Shown piece by piece: positions 9,959-20,446 of a stretch of 64,000 bases of DNA. The notes under the pieces were generated by a model. That model worked only from the letters and a program-made list of their open reading frames with translations. It was not told the origin of the DNA and did not search any database. This stretch comes from an uncultured Planctomycetia bacterium (lineage in GTDB: Bacteria > Omnitrophota > Gorgyraeia > CAYWPX01). Location of the stretch: NCBI GenBank assembly GCA_964460615.1, contig CAYWPX010000001.1:120073-184072 (forward strand), given 5' to 3'. Within the stretch, counting starts at the first letter, position 1. Each line of letters opens with the position of its first letter. The position numbers and the translations under genes were made by a program.

Positions 9959-10654
9959 ATGAAAAATCCTGATTCAGAATTAAAAGAAATACTAAAAAAA
10001 GTCAAAGACATCATAAGTACCGAAAAAAATTCGGGCGTTGAAGAATTTCCGTCTATAAGAAAGTTTTTAGGCGCTGTCACTTCGTCGAATAACGAAAAAG
10101 AATCGTTAATGAATGACCTTAAGGTAAAAGCCTTATCCTGCAAGAATTGTGTATTGCACAAGTCCAGGCGAAATGTTGTTTTCGGGGTTGGTAATTTGAA
10201 TACCAAGCTTATGTTTGTAGGCGAGGCGCCGGGAGCGGATGAAGACAGGGAAGGATTGCCTTTTGTAGGAAGGGCGGGAGAGCTTCTTACTAAGATCATA
10301 GAATCAATCGGTTTTAAAAGGACCGAGATCTACATAGGGAATATCCTTAAATGCCGTCCGCCGGAAAATCGCTTCCCTGACCCCGGAGAGGTGAGTAAAT
10401 GTATCCATATTATCAGAAAACAGATCGAAATAATAAGGCCTGACCTTATCTGCACGCTGGGGAAATGCGCTACTCAGAGCCTTCTAAATAGTGATCAGCC
10501 AATCTCGAGACTCAGGGGAAATTTTCAGGATTATAACGGCATAAAAGTCATGCCGACATATCACCCGGCCTATTTATTAAGAAGCCCATCTGAAAAACGG
10601 GTTGTTTGGGAAGACATGAAGAAGATCAAAAGAGAACTTTCCTTAAAATCCTAA
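9959..10654 (+). CDS. uracil-DNA glycosylase, family 4
   Basis: CKNC...GEAPGADEDREGLPFVGRAGELL...CRPP motifs of family-4 UDG. Confidence 0.85.
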   Translation: MKNPDSELKEILKKVKDIISTEKNSGVEEFPSIRKFLGAVTSSNNEKESLMNDLKVKALSCKNCVLHKSRRNVVFGVGNLNTKLMFVGEAPGADEDREGLPFVGRAGELLTKIIESIGFKRTEIYIGNILKCRPPENRFPDPGEVSKCIHIIRKQIEIIRPDLICTLGKCATQSLLNSDQPISRLRGNFQDYNGIKVMPTYHPAYLLRSPSEKRVVWEDMKKIKRELSLKS

Positions 10655-10671
10655 AGTACTAATTATAACTT

Positions 10672-12735
10672 ATGATTAATAACGCCAATTCTACCGATCC
10701 TTTGGGTCAATCGTTAAGTATTGAAAGTAATCCACTGCATTTATTTGCTGAGGTTGCGCTGGATGTTCCTATAGATAAAACCTTTGATTATATAATTCCT
10801 TCCCAATTAAAAAATGATATTTCCATCGGAAAAAGGGTAACGGTCCCATTCGGCAAGAGAGACGCCGTGGGGATAGTAATAGGGTTCAGGGATAAGACGG
10901 ATATAAGGAATCTAAAAGAGATAATAAAAGTTAATGATGCTTTCCCGTTGATCGATGAAAAAATGATCAATGTTGCCAAATGGGTATCTTGCTACTATTG
11001 CGCCTCGATAGGCCAGTCAATTTTTCTTAATATCCCATCCCGTTTAAAGAAAGATGCGATCCCCAAGAAATCAAGAAAAACCAATCAAGCTAAATTAGCT
11101 CAAGAAGAGATTTTTGTCGAAGCGCCGAAAATAGAATTAAACAGAGAGCAGAATAATGCTCTTCATAGGATCAAAAGTCATCTCGGCTCTTTCAGAGTAT
11201 TTTTGTTGCATGGTGTTACTGCCAGCGGTAAGACCGAGATATATTTGAAGGCCGCAGAGGAGGTATTAAAGAACGGCAAGGATGTTATAGTACTTGTCCC
11301 CGAGATAGCCCTTACTATACAGACCATGAATAAATTTAAGGCAAAATTCAAAGACAAAGTCGCAATTATCCACTCAGGGCTTTCGGAAGGTAAAAAATAC
11401 CAGGAATGGCTGAATTGTTTGGAAGGAAGATCAAAGCTTGTTATTGGCGCAAGATCTGCTCTTTTTGCTCCGTTTAAGAATGTCGGTCTTATCATCATAG
11501 ATGAGGAACATGAGCCTTCTTATAAAGAGATGACAAGTCCCAAGTATAATACCCGTGATGTTGCTATTAAAAGGGCCGAGGCGGAAGAGTGCCCTGTCAT
11601 TTTAGGTAGCGCTACGCCATCATTAGAATCATTTTATAAGACGAGTCTCAATGAATATGAATTGATCGAGTTAAAAGAGCGTTTTGAAAAACGGCTGCTG
11701 CCGGAAGTAAAGATTGTCGACATGGCCGATGAATATCAGTTTAGAAGAATGTCCATATTTTTTTCAAGGATCCTTTTGAAGGAATTGGAAAAAATTTTGG
11801 CCAAGAAAGAGCAGGCGATACTTTTTTTGAACAGGCGCGGTTTTGCAACGATCGTCTCCTGCAAGTCATGCGGCCAGATAACTAGATGTTCGAGGTGCGA
11901 TTCGGTAATGGTTTATCACTCAGGTAAAGGAAGCTTAGTCTGTCATTACTGCAACCTTACGCAAAGGCCCCCTGTGAGGTGTCCTAAATGTGAGTCAGCG
12001 CAATTTAAGTTTTTGGGTATAGGGACTGAGAAGGTTGAGTCTGAGATAAACCGTCTTTTCCCGAAAGCAAGGGTTGCCAGGCTTGATACTGATGTGACCA
12101 AGAAAAAGGGCGTACAGGAAAAGATACTGGATGGTTTTAGAAGGCATGAGGTCGATATTCTAGTAGGTACACAGATGGTTGCTAAAGGGCTTGATTTTCC
12201 CGATGTCACTCTTATAGGTGTTATCTCAAGCGATATTAATCTGAATATTCCTGATTTCAGGGCTTCTGAAAGGACATTTAATCTTCTTACGCAGGTAGCG
12301 GGCAGGTCCGGAAGGGGTAAAAAAGAGGGACTGGTCATTATACAGACCTATAATCCAAAGCATTATTCGATAATAGAGAGCTCAAAGCATAGCTATGAAA
12401 ATTTTTATAAGGCAGAATCATCCTTTAGGAAAGAGCTTAATCTGCCTCCTTATGTTAATCTTGTCAAGGTTACTTTTTTGGCTTCAAAGAGCGAAATAAG
12501 CCAGAGTGCTGCGCTTAGCCTAAAAGGGTTGTTAATTAAAGAGTATGGTTTTTTGGAAGATGGATTTCAGGGGCCGGTCCCCGGAGTTATTTTTAAGATA
12601 AAAAACAGGTTTATCTGGAATTTATTTCTAAAGACGGGGGAAGTTCTGAAAGTCTCAAGGGCTCTAAAAAATATTTTGGGGGACTCCAGGTCTTTTAATA
12701 AGGCCTATGTCAATATTGATGTAGACCCGGTATAG
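10672..12735 (+). CDS. priA: primosomal protein N' (replication restart helicase PriA)
   Basis: Walker A GVTASGKTEIY, DEEHE box, Cys-rich zinc-binding region CKSCG...CSRCD...CHYC...CPKC; 687 aa. Confidence 0.9.
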   Translation: MINNANSTDPLGQSLSIESNPLHLFAEVALDVPIDKTFDYIIPSQLKNDISIGKRVTVPFGKRDAVGIVIGFRDKTDIRNLKEIIKVNDAFPLIDEKMINVAKWVSCYYCASIGQSIFLNIPSRLKKDAIPKKSRKTNQAKLAQEEIFVEAPKIELNREQNNALHRIKSHLGSFRVFLLHGVTASGKTEIYLKAAEEVLKNGKDVIVLVPEIALTIQTMNKFKAKFKDKVAIIHSGLSEGKKYQEWLNCLEGRSKLVIGARSALFAPFKNVGLIIIDEEHEPSYKEMTSPKYNTRDVAIKRAEAEECPVILGSATPSLESFYKTSLNEYELIELKERFEKRLLPEVKIVDMADEYQFRRMSIFFSRILLKELEKILAKKEQAILFLNRRGFATIVSCKSCGQITRCSRCDSVMVYHSGKGSLVCHYCNLTQRPPVRCPKCESAQFKFLGIGTEKVESEINRLFPKARVARLDTDVTKKKGVQEKILDGFRRHEVDILVGTQMVAKGLDFPDVTLIGVISSDINLNIPDFRASERTFNLLTQVAGRSGRGKKEGLVIIQTYNPKHYSIIESSKHSYENFYKAESSFRKELNLPPYVNLVKVTFLASKSEISQSAALSLKGLLIKEYGFLEDGFQGPVPGVIFKIKNRFIWNLFLKTGEVLKVSRALKNILGDSRSFNKAYVNIDVDPV

Positions 12736-12738
12736 GTA

Positions 12739-13362
12739 TTAGATCTCAATCTTAAAATCGTTAGGTGTTTGAGTTTCGCTATAGTTTTTCTTGATAGCTC
12801 CGAGTGCATCAAGATTTCTCAGGCCTTTTTCCGCATCATGGTCGTGAGGGTGGACCTCCATCAGCTTCTTGTAGGATGCTCTCGCCCTGTCGTAATCGCC
12901 TTTATCTATATATAGCTTGCCCAGATTCTTTAATGCGGTCATATTGTTCTGCTCAACGGCATATATCTCTTCGAAGCAGTATATCGCCGAATCCCTTAAT
13001 TCCATATATAAAAATGTTTTCCCTTGTTCCAACAGCGCCCAGATGCTGAACGGGTTATTGGCAAGTATCTTTTCGTATTCGAGAATAGCAAGACTCGGTT
13101 CATTCCTGAGTTTGAATATCAATGCTTTTATGAAATAGCCGATAGATATGATATTCGAAATCGCCTCCGATAATTTACTCGGAGGTGCCCCGATATATTT
13201 TTTTCGTTGAGCAACCCTTAAAAAGTGTCTTGCCTCAGCAAATTCCTGATTTATGGCAATAATACCCGTAAGGAGCTCAATAGCATAGTCGTAGTTGTCC
13301 CTCTTTAATGAATTAAGGGCTTTTTCGTAATTTTCTCTCATTTCCCTTGGTATTTGTTCCAT
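12739..13362 (-). CDS. tetratricopeptide-repeat protein
   Basis: Only substantial minus-strand gene; TPR-like helical repeats; start set at MEQIPREM with AGAGGA SD (track ORF extends to 13548). Confidence 0.55.
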   Translation of the reverse strand: MEQIPREMRENYEKALNSLKRDNYDYAIELLTGIIAINQEFAEARHFLRVAQRKKYIGAPPSKLSEAISNIISIGYFIKALIFKLRNEPSLAILEYEKILANNPFSIWALLEQGKTFLYMELRDSAIYCFEEIYAVEQNNMTALKNLGKLYIDKGDYDRARASYKKLMEVHPHDHDAEKGLRNLDALGAIKKNYSETQTPNDFKIEI

Positions 13363-13523
13363 GTCATATCCTCTTTTTATATATTTTATTATAGGGCTGT
13401 CTAATTTTAATGTCAATATAATAATAACTAAAATTTGTTTGAAGAATTGCATTAATATGCTAAAATTATCCCTGGCCGGATGATCGTGCAGACATTTTTT
13501 TGATTGATTACTAAGGAGTAATA

Positions 13524-14450
13524 GTGAGAATAGTATTTTTCGGTACATCGGGGTTTAGTGTAAGGGCGCTCAAAGAACTTCTGAAAAGTTCTCATGAGAT
13601 AGTAGCCGTTGTTACCAGGCCCGACATAAAAAGCGGCAGGTTTTTGAAAGTCTCTGAAAATCCCGTCAAGATCTTTTCCAAAAATAACAACCTTAAAATA
13701 TTCCAATTTGCGAAGCTTGATGATGACGCGGCGGCCAAACTTAATGAGCTTAGGCCCGACCTATTTGTAGTAGTCTCTTACGGTAGAATACTTACAAAGG
13801 ATTTTTTGTCTATCCCTAGGTTGTATTCAGTGAACCTCCATGCTTCGCTTTTGCCAAAATACCGGGGTGCCGGGCCTATCAACTGGGCCATTATAAACGG
13901 GGAGAAGACGACTGGGGCTACGGTTATGAAGATGAATGAACTGATGGATGAAGGGGATATTATTTCCAGTGTGGAAGTTCCTATCGATGAAAAAGATAAT
14001 TCTATTACCCTGTCGGATAAAATTGCCGAGGCGGGCAGCATGCTATTGGTTGATACTTGTGATAAGATAGCCGGTAACGCTGATATCAAATTTGTTTCGC
14101 AGGATCAAGTACTTGCTACGATCGCGCCCAAACTGAAAAAGAGCGACGGGTTTATTGACTGGAATAAGGATGCGTATGAGATAAGCAATCTGGTAAGGGG
14201 GCTATTACCATGGCCATGCGCTTATACTCATTATAAAGGAAAGCTTTTAAAGGTATTCGACGCTGTGCCGGTACCTATAGGTACTGAATTCAAGAATGGA
14301 GAAGTTGTCGAATCAGGCCCCAAAGGGATTTTAATAAAATGCGCCAAAGACGGTTTATTGATAAGAGAGTTACAGCTTGAAGGAAAAAAAAGGATGTCAT
14401 CAAAAGACTTTTTAATAGGTAACAAGGTGGCTCCCGGTGATATGTTTTGA
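13524..14450 (+). CDS. fmt: methionyl-tRNA formyltransferase
   Basis: MRIVFFGTSGFSV..., SYGRIL, NLHASLLPKYRGAGPINWAII motifs; GTG start with AAGGAG SD. Confidence 0.9.
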   Translation: MRIVFFGTSGFSVRALKELLKSSHEIVAVVTRPDIKSGRFLKVSENPVKIFSKNNNLKIFQFAKLDDDAAAKLNELRPDLFVVVSYGRILTKDFLSIPRLYSVNLHASLLPKYRGAGPINWAIINGEKTTGATVMKMNELMDEGDIISSVEVPIDEKDNSITLSDKIAEAGSMLLVDTCDKIAGNADIKFVSQDQVLATIAPKLKKSDGFIDWNKDAYEISNLVRGLLPWPCAYTHYKGKLLKVFDAVPVPIGTEFKNGEVVESGPKGILIKCAKDGLLIRELQLEGKKRMSSKDFLIGNKVAPGDMF

Positions 14451-14504
14451 TGGTAAATTCAATTTCTCTTGCATAAAAAGTCAGATATGTTATAATTTAA
14501 AAAT

Positions 14505-15809
14505 ATGATTAAAAATGTTGCTCCGAGAGAACTTATACAAAGCGATTTCCAAATCCTAAAATCCGCAGAAAGGCTCAATACAACTCCTGAAATTGAAGAT
14601 ATAATCTTCATGCAATCTCTGGAGGGCCGTGCCCATAATGGTGCGGGTGCTTTTCATAAGAGGTCCTATGTCAACACCTCTATAGATGATATAGTAAAGG
14701 CATTAGGCAGAAACCCCGCTTTGATCAAGTCGAAGCGCCAAGCGCTCATTGACGATATAGTCGATTATGCGAAAGCGATTATTAATGGAGAGCGCCGTGA
14801 CATGCTTATTAATGATAAAGGCTCCCCTTTTCTCGGTATCCCTGACTTTAAGACTCGTAAGGTTAATCCGCATGATATTCTTAAGGGCCTTTTTATGGGT
14901 GGCCTGAGGGATGATGCTGAGATACGTAAAACTACCGAATATAAATATAATGTCAAAGTCGGTTGCGGAAAATGCTATTTAGTCAACGCCAGGATCATGG
15001 AAAGCTTGGGCCTTGACGGTGAAATTTTAGCGCATCAGGCGCATGAGGATGATATAGAGACTTATGTGGCCAATGGTTTGATAATCAATCCCGAAAGGCT
15101 TTACGAAGCCCATGAGGATGAGATAAAATATTTTTATATAAGGCACAGAATCGGGCCCGGTCAATCTGATGATGCGGCTGTTGTGGCTAGCGGGATGATA
15201 TATAATTCCGATGTTGCTATCGGCGTATTTCTGGCTGACGCGATCGATACCCTGGAAAAGTATGCACCGAATTATTCAGACCAGGATAATGACCTTGCTT
15301 GTTATATTAAAGAAAATTATGATGCTCTTGATATCTCTTATGATGAGGTTTATGAGCTGGCTTATTTAGCGGCTATACCCGAAGGAAGAGAGGAAGAGGT
15401 TCCGGATAGTTCTATGAGGTATCTATTAACAGTCGATCCGGTAACTGGACAATCGACCATTGAAAGCCATCTGAATTTTGTAGAAGGCAGGCCGTATTAT
15501 CCTATGGCGATCAGCTATAAGAGGATCCTGATAACAGATTTTTATGATTATATAAAAGACAAGGTAAGGCGTTCCAAGGTCCCTTCCGAGAGTGAGCCAA
15601 AGGAACTTTTGATCGAGGGTTTGAATAAATCCGTAAAAGAATTAATGAAAAAGAATGTGGTAGTTGTTTCCCCGAACGTGACTCTGGAGGAAGCGCTAAG
15701 CAAGGTAAGGGATACAAGAGTTGAGATAATTGTTGTGCAGGATGCTAATAAAAAAGTTATCGGAGTTATTAATCCGGATGATTTTTTATATTTACTTAGG
15801 AGAACCTGA
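14505..15809 (+). CDS. hypothetical protein with C-terminal CBS domain
   Basis: 434 aa; N-terminal ~370 aa unrecognised; C-terminus VVVVSPNVTLEEALSKVRDTRVEIIVVQDANKKVIGVINPDDFL is CBS-like. Confidence 0.6.
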   Translation: MIKNVAPRELIQSDFQILKSAERLNTTPEIEDIIFMQSLEGRAHNGAGAFHKRSYVNTSIDDIVKALGRNPALIKSKRQALIDDIVDYAKAIINGERRDMLINDKGSPFLGIPDFKTRKVNPHDILKGLFMGGLRDDAEIRKTTEYKYNVKVGCGKCYLVNARIMESLGLDGEILAHQAHEDDIETYVANGLIINPERLYEAHEDEIKYFYIRHRIGPGQSDDAAVVASGMIYNSDVAIGVFLADAIDTLEKYAPNYSDQDNDLACYIKENYDALDISYDEVYELAYLAAIPEGREEEVPDSSMRYLLTVDPVTGQSTIESHLNFVEGRPYYPMAISYKRILITDFYDYIKDKVRRSKVPSESEPKELLIEGLNKSVKELMKKNVVVVSPNVTLEEALSKVRDTRVEIIVVQDANKKVIGVINPDDFLYLLRRT

Positions 15810-15812
15810 TTT

Positions 15813-16829
15813 ATGCCCGAGTTAAGAAAAGATCCTGTGGTAGGCAGATGGGTTATTATAGCAACCGAGCGCGCCAAAAGGCCTCAGGATTTTTCAAAAG
15901 AAGATTCAAATATTGACGATTCAGCATGTCCTTTCTGCGAGGGGAAAGAGGCATTGACCCCGCATGAGATTTTTTCATTAAGGAGCCAAGGAAATACGCC
16001 CGGATGGGATGTAAGGGTAGTTCCCAGCATCAATCCGCTTTTAGTTATTGAAGGTAAACTCAATAGGCGGCCAAAAGGCATGTATGATCTTATGGATGCT
16101 ATTGGCGCACATGAAATAGTGGTAGAAACCCCTAAACATATACACAACATGGCTGATCTTGAAGAGTCACAGATAGTAAAGGTATTTGATGTTTACCTTA
16201 ATAGGTTATCGGACTTGGAGAAAGACCATAGGTTTAAGTATGTTCTGATTTTCAAGAATTACGGGGTTGCCGCAGGGGCCGGGCCGATAAAACATTCCAG
16301 AAGCCAGCTTATTGCTACCCCGGTTAACCCAAAAAGAGTAAAAGAAGAGCTGATGGGTTCAAGGCGCTATTTTGAATATAAAGAGAGATGTGTATTCTGC
16401 GATATTATCAGGCAGGAGATAGCGGATGAGAGCAGGGTTGTTTTGGAGTCGGAAGAGTTCGTTGTGATCGCGCCGTTCGCTTCGAGATTTCCCTTTGAGC
16501 TTAATATCCTTCCTAAGAAACATTCGGCTGATTTTACAAAGATCAGCCACTCAGAGAAACTGGATCTTGCCAGGGTGCTTAAAAATACTCTGATGAAACT
16601 CAAGATCGCTCTCAATGACCCTCCTTATAATTTTGTACTTCATTCTGCTCCTTTCAGGGGATCAAGAAAACAGGGCTATTGGAAGACGGTTGACAGCGAT
16701 TATCATTGGCATATCGAAATAATGCCCAGACTTACAAGCGTAGCTGGGTTTGAATGGGGATCGGGGGTTTATATTAACCCGACTCCTCCTGAAGAAGCTG
16801 CTAAATACCTTAAGGAATTGGGGATTTAA
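15813..16829 (+). CDS. GalT-like HIT-superfamily nucleotidyltransferase/phosphorylase paralog 1 (active-site variant HSRSQ)
   Basis: CPFCEG zinc motif, second CVFCDII motif, YHWHIEI; canonical H-P-H-x-Q replaced by H-S-R-S-Q. Confidence 0.8.
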   Translation: MPELRKDPVVGRWVIIATERAKRPQDFSKEDSNIDDSACPFCEGKEALTPHEIFSLRSQGNTPGWDVRVVPSINPLLVIEGKLNRRPKGMYDLMDAIGAHEIVVETPKHIHNMADLEESQIVKVFDVYLNRLSDLEKDHRFKYVLIFKNYGVAAGAGPIKHSRSQLIATPVNPKRVKEELMGSRRYFEYKERCVFCDIIRQEIADESRVVLESEEFVVIAPFASRFPFELNILPKKHSADFTKISHSEKLDLARVLKNTLMKLKIALNDPPYNFVLHSAPFRGSRKQGYWKTVDSDYHWHIEIMPRLTSVAGFEWGSGVYINPTPPEEAAKYLKELGI

Positions 16830-16951
16830 ATGTCTTAGGGGATGAATCCCGTAAGACTATTATTGCAGGATCATAGGTTTTTTTGGATTAAATCAGCATA
16901 AGGGATATAAACAGTTTTATAAAAGCTATAATTTTATAGGAGTCTTACGGG

Positions 16952-17968
16952 ATGAATCAGTTAAGACGTGACGTTGTTACCGGCAGATGGATAATAATAA
17001 ATGTTGATGAAGATCAGACTCATTTTGATTTCTTGACTGAGCAGAGAGAGAAAAAAGGCGGGACATGCCCCTTTTGTCCCGGCAATGAAAGAATGACCTC
17101 GCATGAAATAACTGCATACGGAAGAAAAGCATATGTCCCAAATTCAGCAGATTGGACCTTGAGGGTGGTCCCAAATAAATTCCCGGCGCTAAAAATTGAA
17201 GGCGAGATAGGTAAGATCGGCGTAGGGCTTTATGATATGTCTAACGGCATAGGTGCGCATGAAGTTATAGTTGAATCTCCGGATCATAATAAGGAATTAT
17301 CAGATCTTGACATAGAAAGAGTTGAGGATGTTATCTGGTCTTATAGTGACAGATCTTTGGATCTTAGGAAAGACCCCAGATTTAAATATATACTGATCTT
17401 CAAAAATTACGGAGAACCGGCGGGGGCATCCTTAGAGCATCCGCATTCACAGGTTATCGCGCTTCCAATAGTCCCCAGCCGCGTAACTGACGAGCTGGAG
17501 GGTGCAAAAAAATATTTCGATTATAAAGAGAGATGTATCTTTTGCGATATTATTCATCAGGATATGCAGGATAAAGAACTCATTGTTACCGACAATGAGC
17601 ATTTTTTGTCATTCTGCCCTTTTGTTCCGAGATTCCCATATGAGACATGGATAATACCAAAACAGCATTCACCTGATTTTGGCTACATAACAAAAACCGA
17701 AGTCGAGAGTTTAGCCAAGATACTTAAAGAGACGCTTCAAAGAATAAAAAATCTGTTGCAAGATCCTTCATATAACTTTATAATCCATACTGAGCCTCTT
17801 AATGGCGAGGGTTCTATGTATAAGGAAAGTTACCATTGGCACATTGAAATAATCCCAAGGCTGACCAAAACAGCGGGGTTTGAATGGGGAAGCGGGTTTT
17901 ATATAAACCCGATCTCTCCTGAATATGCGGCTAAGACGTTGAGAGATGTTAAGCTGCTGAAAGAATAA
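16952..17968 (+). CDS. GalT-like HIT-superfamily nucleotidyltransferase (galactose-1-phosphate uridylyltransferase family) paralog 2
   Basis: CPFCPG, canonical EHPHSQ active-site motif, CIFCDII, YHWHIEI. Confidence 0.8.
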   Translation: MNQLRRDVVTGRWIIINVDEDQTHFDFLTEQREKKGGTCPFCPGNERMTSHEITAYGRKAYVPNSADWTLRVVPNKFPALKIEGEIGKIGVGLYDMSNGIGAHEVIVESPDHNKELSDLDIERVEDVIWSYSDRSLDLRKDPRFKYILIFKNYGEPAGASLEHPHSQVIALPIVPSRVTDELEGAKKYFDYKERCIFCDIIHQDMQDKELIVTDNEHFLSFCPFVPRFPYETWIIPKQHSPDFGYITKTEVESLAKILKETLQRIKNLLQDPSYNFIIHTEPLNGEGSMYKESYHWHIEIIPRLTKTAGFEWGSGFYINPISPEYAAKTLRDVKLLKE

Positions 17969-18048
17969 TATTTAGCGTCAATTAGCTTCAGAAAAAAAAC
18001 TTTAATGATTTCTGGATGACTGGGCGTGGGAACAGACTTTTTGTGTAG

Positions 18049-19083
<1,035 letters not shown>

Positions 19084-19090
19084 TCGGTTT

Positions 19091-19124
19091 GTACTTATTC
19101 TAAGCAAAAGCTTAGAATAAGTAC
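19091..19124 (+). other. perfect 15-bp stem hairpin just downstream of gap
   Basis: GTACTTATTCTAAGC-aaaa-GCTTAGAATAAGTAC; no T-tract follows. Confidence 0.5.
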
Positions 19125-19313
19125 TGATTACCCCGTGAGCATTGGAAAAATATTACCACCTGGAAATCCGAAGGATTACCGGGGTAGATTTTTCCAATGG
19201 GTAGCGAAACGGGGCGTTTAAGCTTCTGATTTATAAATATAGATTACTGCGAATCGACTACCCCTATATAACTAGTAGGGGTAATCAAGAGAAGGCTTAA
19301 CTATGAAAGACAA

Positions 19314-19360
19314 ATAGGGGAACTCATTTAGATATATGAATTCCCCTATTTTTTACTTTT
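19314..19360 (+). terminator. terminator-like hairpin immediately upstream of the histidine kinase gene
   Basis: ATAGGGGAA-17 nt-TTCCCCTAT followed by TTTTTTACTTTT. Confidence 0.45.
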
Positions 19361-20347
19361 ATGAAAAAAGAAGAAAAAAAGATCATGAATGAAGAGAGCC
19401 AGCTTTTTTCAGAGCTAGGCGAAAGCCCATATCAGAGGTTTAAAGAGGCATTTGCGCTGATGTCTATTATACCGCTTCTTGGGTTTTTCTACATTCTGGT
19501 AGGGAAGCTTTTTTCGCTCTCCATACTTGAAGGTGAGATAGGCTTTATACTGTTCATTATAATTATTTTAACCGTATTTGGGTTTCTTTTTTCGTATTCA
19601 GTGATCAAGAAACTCCTGAGGCATTTAGTTAAATATTCCATTAAGCTTAAAAAATATGACAGCGCTAAATCTGAATTTGTGGCAAAATTTTCTCACGAAG
19701 TATTATCTCCGCTTGCTATAATAAAGATAAATATGTCCAATATAATGGACGGCATTATGGGGCCGGTCAATGACCCGACAAATAAATCTTTGGGAGAATG
19801 CCAGAAGTGCGTTGTTAGGATTGAGAAACTTGTTACCAATATGTTGGATCTCTCCAAAATAGAATCCGGCCGACTTGAGCTATCAAGATCTCTCGTTGAT
19901 CTTACCAAGCTTGTGAATGAAGAGGTCACCACTGCGAAGGCGCTTGCCTTAAAAAAGAATATCGCGCTTAATTCCGATCTTGCCGGTAAGGCAATTTTTA
20001 TCTGGGGGGACATAGATAGGCTTAGAGAGGTATTATTGAACCTTATAGATAACGCTATTAAATATACTCCTGAAAATGGAACAATTAAGATCAAGCTGTT
20101 TGAGGAAGACTCTAAGGTGATCCTTGAAGTCAGCGATACAGGTCCCGGTATTGAGGCAGACAAGCTAGATAAGGTATTTGATAAATTTTCTAATGTATCC
20201 TCAAAAGAAGGCCATGGGCTTGGTTTATCCATTACAAGAGACATAATAGATCTTCATCGCGGCAGGATATGGGTGGAGAGTGTAGTAGGGAAAGGGACCA
20301 ATTTTTTTGTATTGTTCCCCAAGGATCTTAGAGTTGTGCGCAGATAG
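19361..20347 (+). CDS. sensor histidine kinase (two TM helices, HisKA, HATPase_c)
   Basis: H-box FSHEVLSPL, N-box LLNLIDNAIKYT, G-box DTGPGI...GLGLSI; no response regulator nearby; alternative start at 19385. Confidence 0.8.
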   Translation: MKKEEKKIMNEESQLFSELGESPYQRFKEAFALMSIIPLLGFFYILVGKLFSLSILEGEIGFILFIIIILTVFGFLFSYSVIKKLLRHLVKYSIKLKKYDSAKSEFVAKFSHEVLSPLAIIKINMSNIMDGIMGPVNDPTNKSLGECQKCVVRIEKLVTNMLDLSKIESGRLELSRSLVDLTKLVNEEVTTAKALALKKNIALNSDLAGKAIFIWGDIDRLREVLLNLIDNAIKYTPENGTIKIKLFEEDSKVILEVSDTGPGIEADKLDKVFDKFSNVSSKEGHGLGLSITRDIIDLHRGRIWVESVVGKGTNFFVLFPKDLRVVRR

Positions 20348-20389
20348 ATCTGCTTCGTTTAATTCTATTTGATCAGATCAAAACCCAGC

Positions 20390-20418
20390 TTGACAAGAAA
20401 ATTCGAGGTGGTATAATA
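20390..20418 (+). promoter_or_regulatory. sigma70-type promoter for pgk-tpiA-secG
   Basis: TTGACA-17 nt-TATAAT; the -10 is flanked by inverted repeat AGGTG...CACCT. Confidence 0.6.
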
Positions 20419-20446
20419 ATCACCTTAAATATAGCGAGGTTATTAA

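Noticed and set aside
12739-13548. Full-length 269-aa version of the minus-strand TPR ORF
   Set aside because: The N-terminal 62 codons have no SD and run into the fmt promoter/SD region; MEQIPREM at 13362 has an AGAGGA SD at good spacing.
19693-20244. 183-aa minus-strand ORF
   Set aside because: Antisense to the histidine kinase gene.
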